From: Octopus bimaculoides
Lineage: Eukaryota
DNA: 64,000 bases
Assembly (NCBI RefSeq): GCF_001194135.2
Contig: NC_068992.1
Span: 45,292,097 to 45,356,096, forward strand
Reading direction: 5' to 3'
In this document: positions 26,691-41,056 of the stretch, in pieces
How positions within the stretch are numbered: the first letter of the stretch is position 1
Layout of the letters: each line of letters starts with the position of its first letter
Made by a program: the position numbers and the translations under genes
Notes under the pieces: model-generated
Told to the model about the DNA's origin: nothing
The model's input: only the letters and a program-made list of their open reading frames with translations
Databases searched by the model: none

Positions 26691-27616
26691 ATNNNNNNNN
26701 NNNNNNNNNNNNNNNNNNNNNNNNNNNNNNNNNNNNNNNNNNNNNNNNNNNNNNNNNNNNNNNNNNNNNNNNNNNNNNNNNNNNNNNNNNNNNNNNNNNN
26801 NNNNNNNNNNNNNNNNNNNNNNNNNNNNNNNNNNNNNNNNNNNNNNNNNNNNNNNNNNNNNNNNNNNNNNNNNNNNNNNNNNNNNNNNNNNNNNNNNNNN
26901 NNNNNNNNNNNNNNNNNNNNNNNNNNNNNNNNNNNNNNNNNNNNNNNNNNNNNNNNNNNNNNNNNNNNNNNNNNNNNNNNNNNNNNNNNNNNNNNNNNNN
27001 NNNNNNNNNNNNNNNNNNNNNNNNNNNNNNNNNNNNNNNNNNNNNNNNNNNNNNNNNNNNNNNNNNNNNNNNNNNNNNNNNNNNNNNNNNNNNNNNNNNN
27101 NNNNNNNNNNNNNNNNNNNNNNNNNNNNNNNNNNNNNNNNNNNNNNNNNNNNNNNNNNNNNNNNNNNNNNNNNNNNNNNNNNNNNNNNNNNNNNNNNNNN
27201 NNNNNNNNNNNNNNNNNNNNNNNNNNNNNNNNNNNNNNNNNNNNNNNNNNNNNNNNNNNNNNNNNNNNNNNNNNNNNNNNNNNNNNNNNNNNNNNNNNNN
27301 NNNNNNNNNNNNNNNNNNNNNNNNNNNNNNNNNNNNNNNNNNNNNNNNNNNNNNNNNNNNNNNNNNNNNNNNNNNNNNNNNNNNNNNNNNNNNNNNNNNN
27401 NNNNNNNNNNNNNNNNNNNNNNNNNNNNNNNNNNNNNNNNNNNNNNNNNNNNNNNNNNNNNNNNNNNNNNNNNNNNNNNNNNNNNNNNNNNNNNNNNNNN
27501 NNNNNNNNNNNNNNNNNNNNNNNNNNNNNNNNNNNNNNNNNNNNNNNNNNNNNNNNNNNNNNNNNNNNNNNNNNNNNNNNNNNNNNNNNNNNNNNNNNNN
27601 NNNNNNNNNNNNNNNN

Positions 27617-27691
<75 letters not shown>

Positions 27692-27844
27692 AAATAATAT
27701 GACAGGGTACATGATTTGCATAATCGACTTCGCAAGGCAGCTGTTTCTGCTAAGAAGCAGTGTACCAACAGTTTAGTGTTTTTGCATTCCAATATAGCAG
27801 TATAGCTTCATCGTAACTTCTATACGCGTATGTATGTATGTATG

Positions 27845-27875
<31 letters not shown>

Positions 27876-27895
27876 GCATGTTTGTATGTATGTAT

Positions 27896-28020
27896 GGCGT
27901 GGCTTGCTTCCTAAGCACATGGTTCGTGGTTCATCTTGGGCAAGTATCTGCTACTATAGCCACGGGCCGACCGAAACTATGTGAGTGGATTTGGTAGACA
28001 GAAACTGAAAGAAGCTCGTC

Positions 28021-28090
<70 letters not shown>
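27896..28090 (+). mobile_element. SINE family 1, 5' half ending in its internal (TA)n(TG)n
   Basis: gcttgcttcctaagcacatggttc..cttgggcaagtatctgctactatagc..tgtgagtggatttggtagacagaaactgaaagaagctcgtcg, then (TA)n(TG)n. Confidence 0.85.
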
Positions 28091-28095
<5 letters not shown>

Positions 28096-29306
28096 AATAC
28101 GGATAGAAAATAATAACAATAACAAATACAATATACGGCAAAATAGTAAAAATTACATTAAACAATGTACATAACAACGACAACGAATGTATGCACACAT
28201 ATACATACAGACATACATTTATTTCTCTATCTCTCTATCTGCCCCTTCCCCCACATATATATATGATACATACATACATAAATGTATACACGCATACTTA
28301 TATCTGGCAAGAAATATATACCACTACAAAATTGGCAGACAATACTCATGGCTCCCCGTGAATGACGTGAGAAGACTGTTCTTGTTGACTGAATTAAACT
28401 TTTGAATTCATTTTCTTTTGAATAATATTTATATTTCTTGTCAGATGTTGAAATTATTTTCTTCTCTTTGTTTTTGATCTGTTTCGAACCGTTATATTTC
28501 CTTGTAATTCCTTGGTATTTTAAATTTGCAATGCCTGATGTTTCCATATTGTTTTACCATCCTTGTCTTTGTTCTTCCCATGTTGCAATTTATTTATATT
28601 TGAATTATTTCCCTTCTTCCTAACGTTAGCCTTTCTTGCAGTTGTTTTATGACACCTCTTCTCCAAATCATATCCACTGCTGACTTTTATTAATAATCTT
28701 TGTTGTCTTTCTGCAGTTCGAACTATAGCCTTTTACTTAGAACATGTCATGTTCTCTAGCAATTGTGTGTTGATTTGAAAAGTNNNNNNNNNNNNNNNNN
28801 NNNNNNNNNNNNNNNNNNNNNNNNNNNNNNNNNNNNNNNNNNNNNNNNNNNNNNNNNNNNNNNNNNNNNNNNNNNNNNNNNNNNNNNNNNNNNNNNNNNN
28901 NNNNNNNNNNNNNNNNNNNNNNNNNNNNNNNNNNNNNNNNNNNNNNNNNNNNNNNNNNNNNNNNNNNNNNNNNNNNNNNNNNNNNNNNNNNNNNNNNNNN
29001 NNNNNNNNNNNNNNNNNNNNNNNNNNNNNNNNNNNNNNNNNNNNNNNNNNNNNNNNNNNNNNNNNNNNNNNNNNNNNNNNNNNNNNNNNNNNNNNNNNNN
29101 NNNNNNNNNNNNNNNNNNNNNNNNNNNNNNNNNNNNNNNNNNNNNNNNNNNNNNNNNNNNNNNNNNNNNNNNNNNNNNNNNNNNNNNNNNNNNNNNNNNN
29201 NNNNNNNNNNNNNNNNNNNNNNNNNNNNNNNNNNNNNNNNNNNNNNNNNNNNNNNNNNNNNNNNNNNNNNNNNNNNNNNNNNNNNNNNNNNNNNNNNNNN
29301 NNNNNN

Positions 29307-29342
<36 letters not shown>

Positions 29343-29373
29343 ATACGCACACACACACACATACATAATATAC

Positions 29374-29424
<51 letters not shown>

Positions 29425-30559
29425 GTGTGTGTTTGTACATGTGCATGGCATAATTACTTCAACTGACGCAAACAGTAATGACATCTTTTGAAAAAAGAAT
29501 ATTAATAAAGAAGACATAATTAATCCTACTTGGGAATTTTTAATCATTAAATTTATATAAAAGAATGCAGCCAGGAGAGATAATAATTTTTCTTTGTAAA
29601 ATGTGGAAAAGCGGTTACAAAGATTTATATCGATGAGAATGCGGTGGGTTAAACAGCAACAATATTTTACAAAAGAGAAAGAAACCACAGTAAATAAACA
29701 TATAAATAGAAACTGGATGATGTTTATGAGATATTAATCAAAAATTACTTCTACTGACAAATTTCTAATCATAATGTTTATTAATGGAGAATAATGTAAC
29801 AAAAACAAAGGCATGAAGATATCAGTAGAATTCTGTTTCGAGAGGGCATCTGTGTCTTACCACTACATAACCATCTAAAAGAATTAGCGAACCCATGATG
29901 CTATCAGGTCTAATGCGCTTGCGAGTGACTGCTATGGTTTCTCCTTCGAAAAGTTTTGCTTTGGAGAATGAAATGCGGATTTAAGGTCAGTAGAGAAACG
30001 ATTTGTTGCACTGGATTGTACTTTCTCGTTTCCTGTTTTCAGAGTGTCTACCAACAGTTTCTGCTAATCTTTCTCTTTATATTCTCTTCATAACACTGAA
30101 TGCGTTCGTCTACCCCTGTGCTCAATATGACACCCTATTCTTTAAGTGTCTCTTGCTCCTGTTCCGTGATGTAAAGCAGAATCCAGGAAACGAAAATCAT
30201 TAAACGAATTGTCATATTTCATAATATTGACCAATATGCGTGCATATGTATGATAGTATGTACAAGCTGTCAACGAGCATAGTAAAAAGAAAACAAAGAA
30301 AAGAAAAATGAAAGGGAAAAAGAATATGGCAATCAGTGCAAGGAGCAGACTGTCTCAGGGGTGGCTTATCTCTTGGCGACTACATACACATCATAAACGA
30401 ACTGACTGAAAACCAGTAGAATACAATCTCATGCCGTCGCTAATGTTAATCAATTCCAATAAAGTTTTCGATTCAATAAAATAGGAACTGTGTTGAACTC
30501 ACTAAATTGTTGAACAAATCTTGTTTCTGGTGAAGTTATCTACAGTCACTGAGAGAGCG

Positions 30560-31245
30560 TTTACATTCAAATAGGTAATGGTATACAACAAAAAGACACA
30601 ATTTTACTCAAATATTTTACAAGATGCATGAAAATCTTCAAAATACAAGAAATAAATATCAATTGAAACAATGTATATAATTTAAGATTTGCGGATGACA
30701 TCTTACTAAAGATGATAGTCTAGAATAGAGAGAGATAAAACCGAGGGTTTGAGTGAATGAAACTAGACCTTTTGAATGGAAATATAAATATAACTAAAAA
30801 GAAAAAAAAAAGAAAAATCATAATCAATCTCGAAGTGACATCAAAATTGGTTACAGCGTCGGAGAATGAAATATAAGTTGAAAATGGTGTACACTCAGGA
30901 TAAAGAATTACTGTGAAAGAAAAAGACAAAGAGAGAGAAATGAAAGGAGATTAATAGTTGGACAGGCCTCTTTCATCAAACGTAAATATGTTATGAAATC
31001 AAATCTCGTAGGCTGTCTACAAAGACAAATATACATAGCACTAGCAGTCGATTACGAAATCAAAAATGTGGACTGGAACAGCAGAAATAAAGAAGAAACT
31101 GGCTGTGTGCCAACAGCAAGCAATAAGATCAATGCTTGACATATATAAAGACAGCGACAAAGAAACGAATGAGTAAACGGGCGAAAGTAGATGATAGTAT
31201 GAGGTTGTATAAAAAGACCAACAGGACATGGACATATGGCCGTAA
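30560..31245 (+). mobile_element. RTE (BovB-like) LINE fragment spanning RT and downstream region
   Basis: Reads IQIGNGIQQKDTILLKYFT..ININ*NNVYNLRFADDIL (GVRQGD and NLRFADD motifs), RRLIVGQASF..KSNL, KKLAVCQQQAIRSML and KVDD..WTYG. Multiple frameshifts and stops. Confidence 0.75.
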
Positions 31246-31277
31246 ACCGTGAAAAGGGAAATTAATAATAATAATAC

Positions 31278-32030
31278 TCTCAGTATGAGCAAGAAGCTCA
31301 ATCTCAAGCGATGAAAACAAACAGCCTGCGAAAAGATGTATATGGGGTGAAGTTGTTGGAAAAATGTTGAGTCTGTGGTATTTGGAATGAGAGAGTGGCA
31401 CACTTTGTTGCAGAACGTCCCAATTTGGACCAGAGAGAATATAAGATATGGAGGTATGACCAAGTTGTGAAAGTTTTACACTAGAAGCTTTGTCTAAAGT
31501 GGAGATATGAAGCTGGAGGTACATGGTATGAGCATCTGATCGAAAGAGTGCTGACGTCGGAGAAATGCAAACTTGCATGGGATTTTCGTATCCTAACAGA
31601 TAATTAGCTAGAAAATATACGCCTGACATTACAATGATATGTTATGAGGAAAAGCGAAGTTGCTTACTAATTCCAGGTTTGATTCCAGGCTTATAAAGAA
31701 AGAGGATGAAAAATTAGAAAAGTACAATCTCTTAGAATTTGAAATCGCAAGAATTTGGAGTATAAAAATTGTAAATGTTGCGCCTGTAATAATTGATGCA
31801 TTGAGAGCTGTAAGGAAAGATATAGACAAATGGTCGATGGAAATTGGAATAGAATGCTCAGTAGAGCTTTTACAGAAAGTTTGCCTCTTAGGGACAGGAA
31901 AGATTACCAGGAGGGTTTTAAGTACTTGAGAGACTATTGGAATCTTATGGATTCCTAAAGTTGCAGGTAGTAACCTGCTAGCCACATAAATACTACCAGG
32001 AATAAGAACGAACCTGAGTCAAGTCAATCA
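31278..32030 (+). mobile_element. 5'-truncated R4/Dong-clade LINE (zinc knuckle plus restriction-like endonuclease), flanked by (AAT)n
   Basis: Reads AQSQAMKTNSL..KC*VCGIWNERVAHFVAE.PNL..EYK..DQVVKVLH*KLC, AWDFRI.TD..PDI and DSRLIKKEDEKLEKY..IARIW..APVII.AL..LLQKVCLLGTGKITRRVL. (AAT)n at 31263-31275 and 32030-32053. Confidence 0.9.
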
Positions 32031-32539
32031 ATAATAATAATAATAGTAATAATATCTATATTACCATAATTATTATTATTATTATTTTTTGGTGGTGGCG
32101 TGGTTGATTCTATTATATAAGCTGAGATGAGAAACAGTGTGCCATTTTTCAAAAAAGTATTCAGAACTGTTTCAACGATGATATGAAGTCGACACTAATG
32201 TTTTTGTCCTTGCCAAAGGATTCGTAACGAAGTCTGTTAAAATAGAAACTTAACAGCTCAATGTAAGCTGTTCTGTCAAAGTTGCTGAAAAGATTCAGAA
32301 AGCATACGAAAAAACAGTCAGAAGGCATACGACACAAAATAATATTAAAGCAATTCTCTCCCTTATATATTTCGTTTTTGAACCATTCTAAGTCTCCTGT
32401 ACGAGAATTAGTGTCAAAGATGGCAAACCACATTGAAGGTTTAAAAAAAATCCATCAATCGTTGAGGTAACTAAATTGTATTGATTCTCTAGATTGCTCA
32501 TCAAACATTGATTGGCCTGTCTTAAAATTCATTTATCAA

Positions 32540-32599
32540 ATATTATTAATAATATTAATAATATTAATAATTATAATAATAATAATAATAATGATAATA

Positions 32600-32654
<55 letters not shown>

Positions 32655-32692
32655 CAATAACAATATTAATGTCTATGATTATGATGTTTATG

Positions 32693-32735
<43 letters not shown>

Positions 32736-32745
32736 NNNNNNNNNN

Positions 32746-32784
<39 letters not shown>

Positions 32785-32795
32785 TATTATTATAG
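32540..32795. repeat. Compound (AAT)n/(GAT)n microsatellite
   Basis: Visible directly; includes a short N gap. Confidence 0.95.
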
Positions 32796-32938
32796 GTTTT
32801 CTTACAAGTCCTGAACAAACAGAATTGAACATGAACGGTCCAGTAACTGAATTTATTTATTACTTGTTTCTGTGTGTGCTTGTGTATGTGTACGTTTGTA
32901 CAGAGATAGAGAGAAAGAGGGAGAGAGAGAAAGAGGGG

Positions 32939-32973
<35 letters not shown>

Positions 32974-33606
32974 AAGAGAGAGAGAGTGAATATGTGTGTG
33001 TATTGCGTGTGTGTATGTGTGTGAGAGAAAATGATGGTCATAAAGAGAGAGGTGGTTCCAATATAAAAAGATAAATAAATTATTAAGAAGTGGATGAAAA
33101 TAGGAAACGACAGAAAACAAAACATTGAGAAAGAAAGAGAGATTAAAAGGAATTGGGAAAGTTGGTGAGATTTTGTGTATCTTAAAAATAAGACAATCGA
33201 TTGATCTGAACAATCTCTAGTTCAGCCCTTATCCATTGGCAGCTGACAGTGAATTCAATCATATCGTGTATAATTGTTGCTATTATCTCTATTGTTGATT
33301 TTGTTGATGTTGTGGTTGATATTAATGTTATTGTTGTGCTTTAATAGTTATATCAATGCTTTATGTCATAATATTTGCGTTGTGCTTTGTTTATAACTCA
33401 TCGCTTTCATGACTAGAGACGCTATGCTGAATATGGCGTCGCCAGAAATAACTTATCTTGCTTGTGAAGCAGCCATTACATCGATTCCCTAACATTCCAC
33501 CGTCCACCGTCCAACCTGCGATCCCAAACCGGTGTGGTAGTGGGGGCCAGCAGTTGATCTCCAGTGTGGTGTCTATTTTTAGGCATCGTTACGCTTCTTG
33601 GCTCTT

Positions 33607-33762
33607 TGTGTGTATGTATGTGCATGTATAGATTATATATATACATAGACACATAGACACATAGACACATACACACACTAATATATATATAAATGCGCGC
33701 GTGCGTGTGTGTATGTATGTGCATGTATAGATTATATATATACATAGACACATAGACACATA
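33607..33762. repeat. Local ~99 bp-period duplication adjacent to a gap
   Basis: tgtgtgtatgtatgtgcatgtatagattatatatatacatagacacatagacacat occurs at ~33607 and ~33706. May be an assembly artefact. Confidence 0.7.
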
Positions 33763-34377
33763 NNNNNNNNNNNNNNNNNNNNNNNNNNNNNNNNNNNNNN
33801 NNNNNNNNNNNNNNNNNNNNNNNNNNNNNNNNNNNNNNNNNNNNNNNNNNNNNNNNNNNNNNNNNNNNNNNNNNNNNNNNNNNNNNNNNNNNNNNNNNNN
33901 NNTAAATCCATAGAATATTCAATGATTAGTCTGCCGTTACATTCTTCCGGACTTGCAGACGACATATTTTGTTGAATAACCAATATATCCATGTTTTTGC
34001 TGGTAAACTTTACTTATATAAATGATTAAATTTCTTTACCACAACAATCTTTCTGTAATGTTCACATAAGAACAGTGTGTTGGTAGAAATAGCCGAGTGC
34101 CGAATAAAATGCAGATGAATATTTAGTTTTGTAATACCATGTTTTGCACTCTCATCCTCTACGGGTTGATTACATTGGTTCCACAGAGCACAGCTCATAC
34201 CCGTATCGACTATCTCAATAAGGCTTCGCTTTTCCATATTATATCCCATTTAATGCTAAATTCAATCCCGCTTTCCTTCAGTTCCCAAATCTTGCTAGAT
34301 AAGGACGTACAATTGGCTTTATGTCTGACTCTAGAAGATAAAAGATGGTTATTGATACGTTTTTTCATATTTATCGA

Positions 34378-34429
<52 letters not shown>

Positions 34430-34915
34430 TAAATTTACCAACCTCAGTTATAATTGTACGTTTATAAATTGCGTTTTGGATTAGGTATCGGCCTAATAAC
34501 GAACAGTGGGATGTAACTCAACAAAAAATTACCCACATTTCGCAACTTTAATTCCACATAAAATGAGATTCTTTAATTTACGAGATAATGTAATTGGTTG
34601 ATCATAAACTTCAGAGTTGCATTGATACATTAAATTTGAAAGCAATCTGAGCAAAATTAAAGGGGTCTCATTTTGCGAATGAGAAAGACAAGATTCTGAA
34701 TATGTAACAATCTTTTATCAGATTGTTTGATTGTATACATTTCTAACTGTGTTCTTCCTGAATATCTTTATATCTATCACGCATTAAGTCTCCAGTACTT
34801 ATTTATTCTTTTAAAACTTGATACTTATTCTAATTTTTTCTTATCCAGAACCGCTCAGTTACAGGGAATAAACACAATGGGGACAAACACAGACACAAAG
34901 ACACACGCGCACACG

Positions 34916-34964
<49 letters not shown>

Positions 34965-34971
34965 GTATATA

Positions 34972-35090
34972 TGCGATGGGCTCCTTTCCGTTCCCGTCTA
35001 ACAAATCCACGGTTTGCTCAGCTCAAGGTTATAGTAGAAGACGCTTGGTGAAGGTGCCATGCAGTTGGACTTAATCTGAAATCATGGGAA
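34972..35090 (-). mobile_element. SINE family 1, degenerate 5' half
   Basis: gggctcctttccgttcccgtctaacaaatccac..ggttatagtagaagacgcttgg..gccatgcag is the reverse complement of the family 1 head, and abuts a (CA)n tract. Confidence 0.75.
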
Positions 35091-35144
35091 GCATACACGC
35101 ACACACGAATGCGAAACTGAATATTACCATACTGTGCTTCCATT

Positions 35145-35228
<84 letters not shown>

Positions 35229-35273
35229 CCTTTCTTTGTATCTTGCTTTCTTTGTTTCTTGCTTTCTTTGTTT

Positions 35274-35318
<45 letters not shown>

Positions 35319-35474
35319 NNNNNNNNNNNNNNNNNNNATATATATATATATATATATATATATACGTACGTTGATGTTGAAATTCCAGTGACAGAGACTT
35401 GGAGAAAAAAGCAAAACAAGAAAAGAAAATGACATACATACATACATGCATACATACATACATGCATACATACA

Positions 35475-35506
<32 letters not shown>

Positions 35507-35626
35507 CAAAAGATCAGTATGCCTGTATTTATATATCCATGAAACCTAAACAGCAAGTCATAATTTTTAGTGCTGTATTTCTTTGAGAATGAAGGTATCA
35601 TCTACGTCAGAGTTACTGTTGTTGTT

Positions 35627-35676
<50 letters not shown>

Positions 35677-36718
35677 CAGTAATAGCAATATGGTTGAATA
35701 TAAATCGATTTACCGAAAAATATGGAACTGATAACATTGCATATTTCGGCAGGGGACCCTGACACTATCAGTACAATTACGAACAGAAATAAATATAATT
35801 TGTATAATAATACAATTTTCCTCTGTTCTCCCACATCTTGTAAAAAGCAATGTACTTTCATCATGGAAGCAAGTGATATAGTTTATGCATTTTGTTTTAT
35901 ATTTCACTTGTTATGTAGATTAGACGTGCAAAACTCCGGAAATGACTGGCTCTGTAAGCAGTGACACGAACTTTACTTCGACGGCAACTGTTAAGGAACA
36001 TTTTGAAGTAAATGTGGAATGTAATATAATTTCCGAACGACATTTTTTCTCTTCTTCTTCGTTTGTTTATCTCTCGATAATATATTCAGTTTACATCACA
36101 TGTTCTAGACAAATATCACGTTATGTTGTATTACTTTGATATTAGCAGAATCGAAACACGCACTTCGATATCAGATCCCCCACGAGTATGAATAGGAAAT
36201 AATAGATAGAATACTCGAAATTATTGTAAATTCTTTGTTCATCTCTAGAGAACATGAAGATAATCAATGGCTGATGATTTTTTCAGCACTTTATATATAA
36301 TCTGTGTGTAGGGTGTTTGAGTTTTTCTTTTTTCCACTACATATGATCTAAAATAGTTTGATTCACGCACTTCAGTGTATCCTACCGCATCTGAACATGT
36401 TCTAAACATATCTTCATAAACATCAATATATATGCGTGTGTATGTGTTTGTGTGTGTGTGATTTGAGAGAAGGAACTATTCTACTAATCATTTTATATTT
36501 ATCTGAAGAACAACTCTATATTCTTAAAGTATTTTCTGTTATATTCTTAAAATATTTTCTGCTAGTTTGAATAGTTCAGTAAACACACGATCACACACTC
36601 ACGCATGTGCGCACGCACACGCAGAAATTTATACAAACATACATACGTATATATTCATATAATATATATACATATATACATACACATACAAATACGCTCA
36701 CACACAAATACACACATA

Positions 36719-36860
36719 CGAGGGGAAGTAAAAATTATCCGCAATTTCACCATAACATATCTTTATTATTGTCACACTGCCTTCTGCGCATGCGTGCTTA
36801 TAATTGGTATTATTCTGGTCACGTGATCGAAGTTTGAGTCTGATGGTACCGTTGTAGCAT
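36719..36860 (+). mobile_element. Mariner-like terminal fragment
   Basis: TA followed by cgaggggaagtaaaaattatccgcaat resembles mariner-type termini (TA-cgagg...). No partner end or transposase was found. Confidence 0.45.
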
Positions 36861-37078
36861 GACTTACTCCTTTATGTTTCTAACTAGAATAACTTTCAGT
36901 ATCCAATAACATTCTATCGCGTACTTGTTCACATACATTTGACATATTCATTTAAGTTTTAGGAAATATTCTTGTTCACATTTCGTCAAACACGAAATAT
37001 CCCAGGTTAGATTTCTCACATTCATTGATTCCTGAATCATGAAGATTCAATTCGATGAGGTCAACATATGTCAGTAAT

Positions 37079-37255
37079 AGATTAAGGTGTAGTGAGAGGC
37101 TAAGGTGGAGTGAGTGTTTAGATATGAGTAGGAGATTAAAAAGTAGTGGTGGTTTAAAGTATAGTATTGTTTAAGGTGTAGTAGTGTTGAAGGTATAGTG
37201 GCGGGTCAAGGTGTTCGGGGAAGTTAAAGTGTGATGCAAGTTTAAGGCTAGAGCT
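37079..37255. repeat. Degenerate 17-18 bp minisatellite (core ttaaggtgtagt), about 10 units
   Basis: Units such as gattaaggtgtagtgag, gtttaaagtatagtatt, gtttaaggtgtagtagt, gttgaaggtatagtggc. Confidence 0.7.
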
Positions 37256-40200
37256 TCACTATCAGTAGGGCATGGTCGGTTGTCGTGATAATTGTATTTT
37301 TTTAGAGAATGAAGTGGGCGAAACGACAGTGGATTGGAAAATGTTAAAAGTTTGATGGTCCGCCTCCAACAATATTAAAGGGCAGTGGTAGGGTCCTTAC
37401 TGGGATTAGGTTGCTAATAAGGATCTTATTACTGTAGAAGAAGCATGAAGACTACAAATTAATTTCAGCAAATGAAGACTAAACAAATATAAAAAGTAAT
37501 ACAGCTCTCAACTAATTCGATTACAGCGTGGAAGACAAATATTAGTCATTCAGACACACACAAAGACTATTAACTTCACTTAAACAACCCTACTGCCTGA
37601 TTAGTATAGTTTTTTTTTCATCTGTCATTGTTGTTCACTTTAACCCCTAGGGTTCGGTAAATTACGTAATGGTCACATATACGATATACTTATTTGAGAA
37701 CGTCCTTGGGGATATTTATGGATGTTCTATTGTAGCAAACTAATAATGTGTATTTTGATAATTATAAATGTAATTAGAAGTCTCAGTGTTTTTCTCACTA
37801 GTGAATAAGATTAAGTTGATGAGATATATTTTTTTCCCGGAATATGACGTTAGTCGAAAACTCGTTCAATACTCTGATAACATGACGCCAAGTCTCCAAA
37901 TCGAACTAAGTTAACTGTCACATGTTGTAGAAAATAATATGCCTAGTTCTATTATTATGAAGAAACGCCTCTAATGGAATTGAATCTGCTTCCTTTGTAT
38001 GGAGATGTAAATAATACATGATTTTCTTGGATAAAATATCTTTGATACACTCAAATGAAAATACTAATTATTCATGAAAGATACACGTCACTGTCAAGAG
38101 AGAATATAAATAGCAAGATATTTGTGAGGACATTGAGGCCAGTTGGCAGAAGTGCTACTATATCGCAAAAATTGAACAACACCGCTAAGAGTTTACTTTT
38201 ATAGACGTCTCTAGGATTTATAGAATAGAATATCTGTTAACTTGTGTGTTCAACAGCATCGACTAAAACTCTTCCTTCCAAAATTGCTGACCTTGTGCAT
38301 AAATTAGAAGCCATTATTTAGTAACTATTGTTAGTAATCTCCACATTTTTATATCGTGAAAGTACTCGATACAATCAGATATAATATATTACCAACACTA
38401 ACATTCTTTTGTGATCAGGAGTACGACAAGTAAAAGCAAGTCCACTAATATTTGGTCTTACTGTATAGATAATAAATGTATTTGGAAAACAACTTATGTC
38501 ATTGCTATAGAACTTATGACGTTTCACAAGCTCTTAGTTATTTAATAAATGTATCCTCTGAAGAGCACAGTTATTAAGTAACTAAATATATTGACCCACA
38601 GAGATATATCATTTCTCACAATTTCTTGTAAAACGCCATGGTCATCTCTCAAATTCCAAGTCTTAAATTTCATATGTTAATATAAGAAAATATATTAAAG
38701 TTTATACTGAAGTTTGTTGCAGTTTGCAGCTCTTACTCAACAGCAGAATAATAAAAGAATCTAGGGCAACGTTTAGAAAATGGCATAATTTGGCTGGAGA
38801 ATCAAGAATATTAATATAATAGAATAACACACATAAAATTCCTACTTCTCAACGATTTTCAGAAAATTTGAATTGCAATAGAAAACGATATATCAAGCTA
38901 AGTGTATGCAATAATATTTGTATTGATAAGATTCTGTGTGCATGGAATTCTAATAGTAATCTCCAGATAGACATTTCCAACTCGGTTGATAATGACTAAC
39001 AAATAATGTATTCCCAACTGATCTTCAAAGCTGATTTAAGGTAAGAATAAAACAATAAATTTTAGAACTGCCTTCCTTTCGTTTTATTTGACTTTGAAGT
39101 AGATTCAGGGGAAATGGCACTACTGCAGTTTAGCGAAGCTATTTAAACGAAATACCAGAAGGATTCTTTCGATTTAACTTCTTCATTATTTTCTTGAAAA
39201 TTTAGCTACAGTCAAATTATTGGCAATTCAAAAGAAAATACAGCCCTATATTAGTTTCAAAAGCGAGTGCGCAAAATCGAATAACATACACTGCTGTAGT
39301 TTTAAACATGAGATTAAAATAATCGAAAAGATGAATACATTCCATGTAAAAATATTCTATTCAATTCCAGCTACGCTAATAAAAAATATATAAACAAGAA
39401 TTTTTGCTTGGAAATGGAACAAAAATCTATTAGGTTTGTGACAGTTGCATAAATTTGTAAAGGTACAGAATTCGTTGATTATGTATGTATGTATGTATGT
39501 ATGTATATATGTATATATGTATATATATATATAACCCCTTCTAACATCACTACTAACAGCATGCAGTTTACGTTCCCGGCATGAGGAAAACATCTAGCAA
39601 GCGCCCTCAAAACGTTTTTCGCCTTTTATATTATATGTGTATAATGTAATAATTTGATACTGCATGGGCTGAGATCACCGTTGACAAGCCACTATTTCAT
39701 GTAAACATATTTGGATGATCAAAGTGTGATGTCACTTTAATATAGGGGTTAGAAAAGCTATAATGATTATGGCGGCAGATACTTCTTCCGAATCCTGTAG
39801 GCTAGTCTAAAATGTTTTATTTTCACACACACACATACACAAATACACACACATAGTGAAGCACACATAGTGAAGCACACATACAGAGAAAAACACACAC
39901 ATACGCTCTCTCTATCTCCCACACAAACACTTACATTCACACAAATATATATTACATATAAAACAAATACTGTCTTCAGCTGTGTGTGTTTTAAGAAAAT
40001 GAAAATATTTCTCGTGGGTTCTTCATAATTTCTTGCCAATATAAATTTACATTAACCTATAAATGCATTGTTTTAAAGACAGAAGTCATACATGAAAGAA
40101 CGTTGAAAGCAAAATCGCGGCTCAGTAAATATTTTGTGCATGTGACTATGTAGAATCGCAAACAGCAGATATAAAAGCATTAAAACAACAAGAAACAAAG

Positions 40201-40835
40201 ATAGGCAATAGACTTTTATACTTTCTTAATCAACGATATGGAATTGAGGCAAATTTCATAACATAATCCATTAATGGCTTATAATCGAAGATATGTGAAT
40301 TAGCATGCCACTAGCATCTGATTGGATGGTGTAGTATCCTTAATTCCAGAAAGTTAATTCGCTTCCAGCAGAAATCTCTCCCATTTTATTTGTATCTTCA
40401 TTCTTGTTGTTTTCCCCAACTCTCTCTCTCTTCTTTTTTTTTTTCATATGCACACCTAGCTAGCAACAGGGTACGGAACGATGTAAGATTTCGGCGGTCG
40501 TAGAACAAACGCGGAAGAGGCGAAGTGGTATGGGGGGAACAAAAGACGAATAACGCTAGACTGAATGGAATGGTAATTAGATCACACAATCAGACATTGA
40601 AATGAGGAGGAGGAGGAGTGGGAGCCGATACACATGGTGATACGCTAATGAAATTAATCAGTGATGTTTCTTTTTAATATCTTAGGCTAAGCACGTACAT
40701 TACTTAGGTGTAAGTATAAATTCGCAGACATAGTTACGTACATAAACATACATACGTATTAAACAATCAGATATGCATGCATATTACACACATATATACA
40801 TAAAGGTGTATATATGTATATATGTGTGTGTGTGC

Positions 40836-40880
<45 letters not shown>

Positions 40881-40989
40881 GATAAATATATTACATTTAT
40901 ATANNNNNNNNNNNNNNNNNNNNNNNNNNNNNNNNNNNNNNNNNNNNNNNNNTATATATATATATATACATATATACATACACACACAT

Positions 40990-41041
<52 letters not shown>

Positions 41042-41056
41042 ATTGATAGGCAACGC

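Noticed and set aside
39668-39692. tgagatca seed match to the bantam microRNA family
   Set aside because: The rest of the mature sequence does not match and no precursor hairpin is evident.
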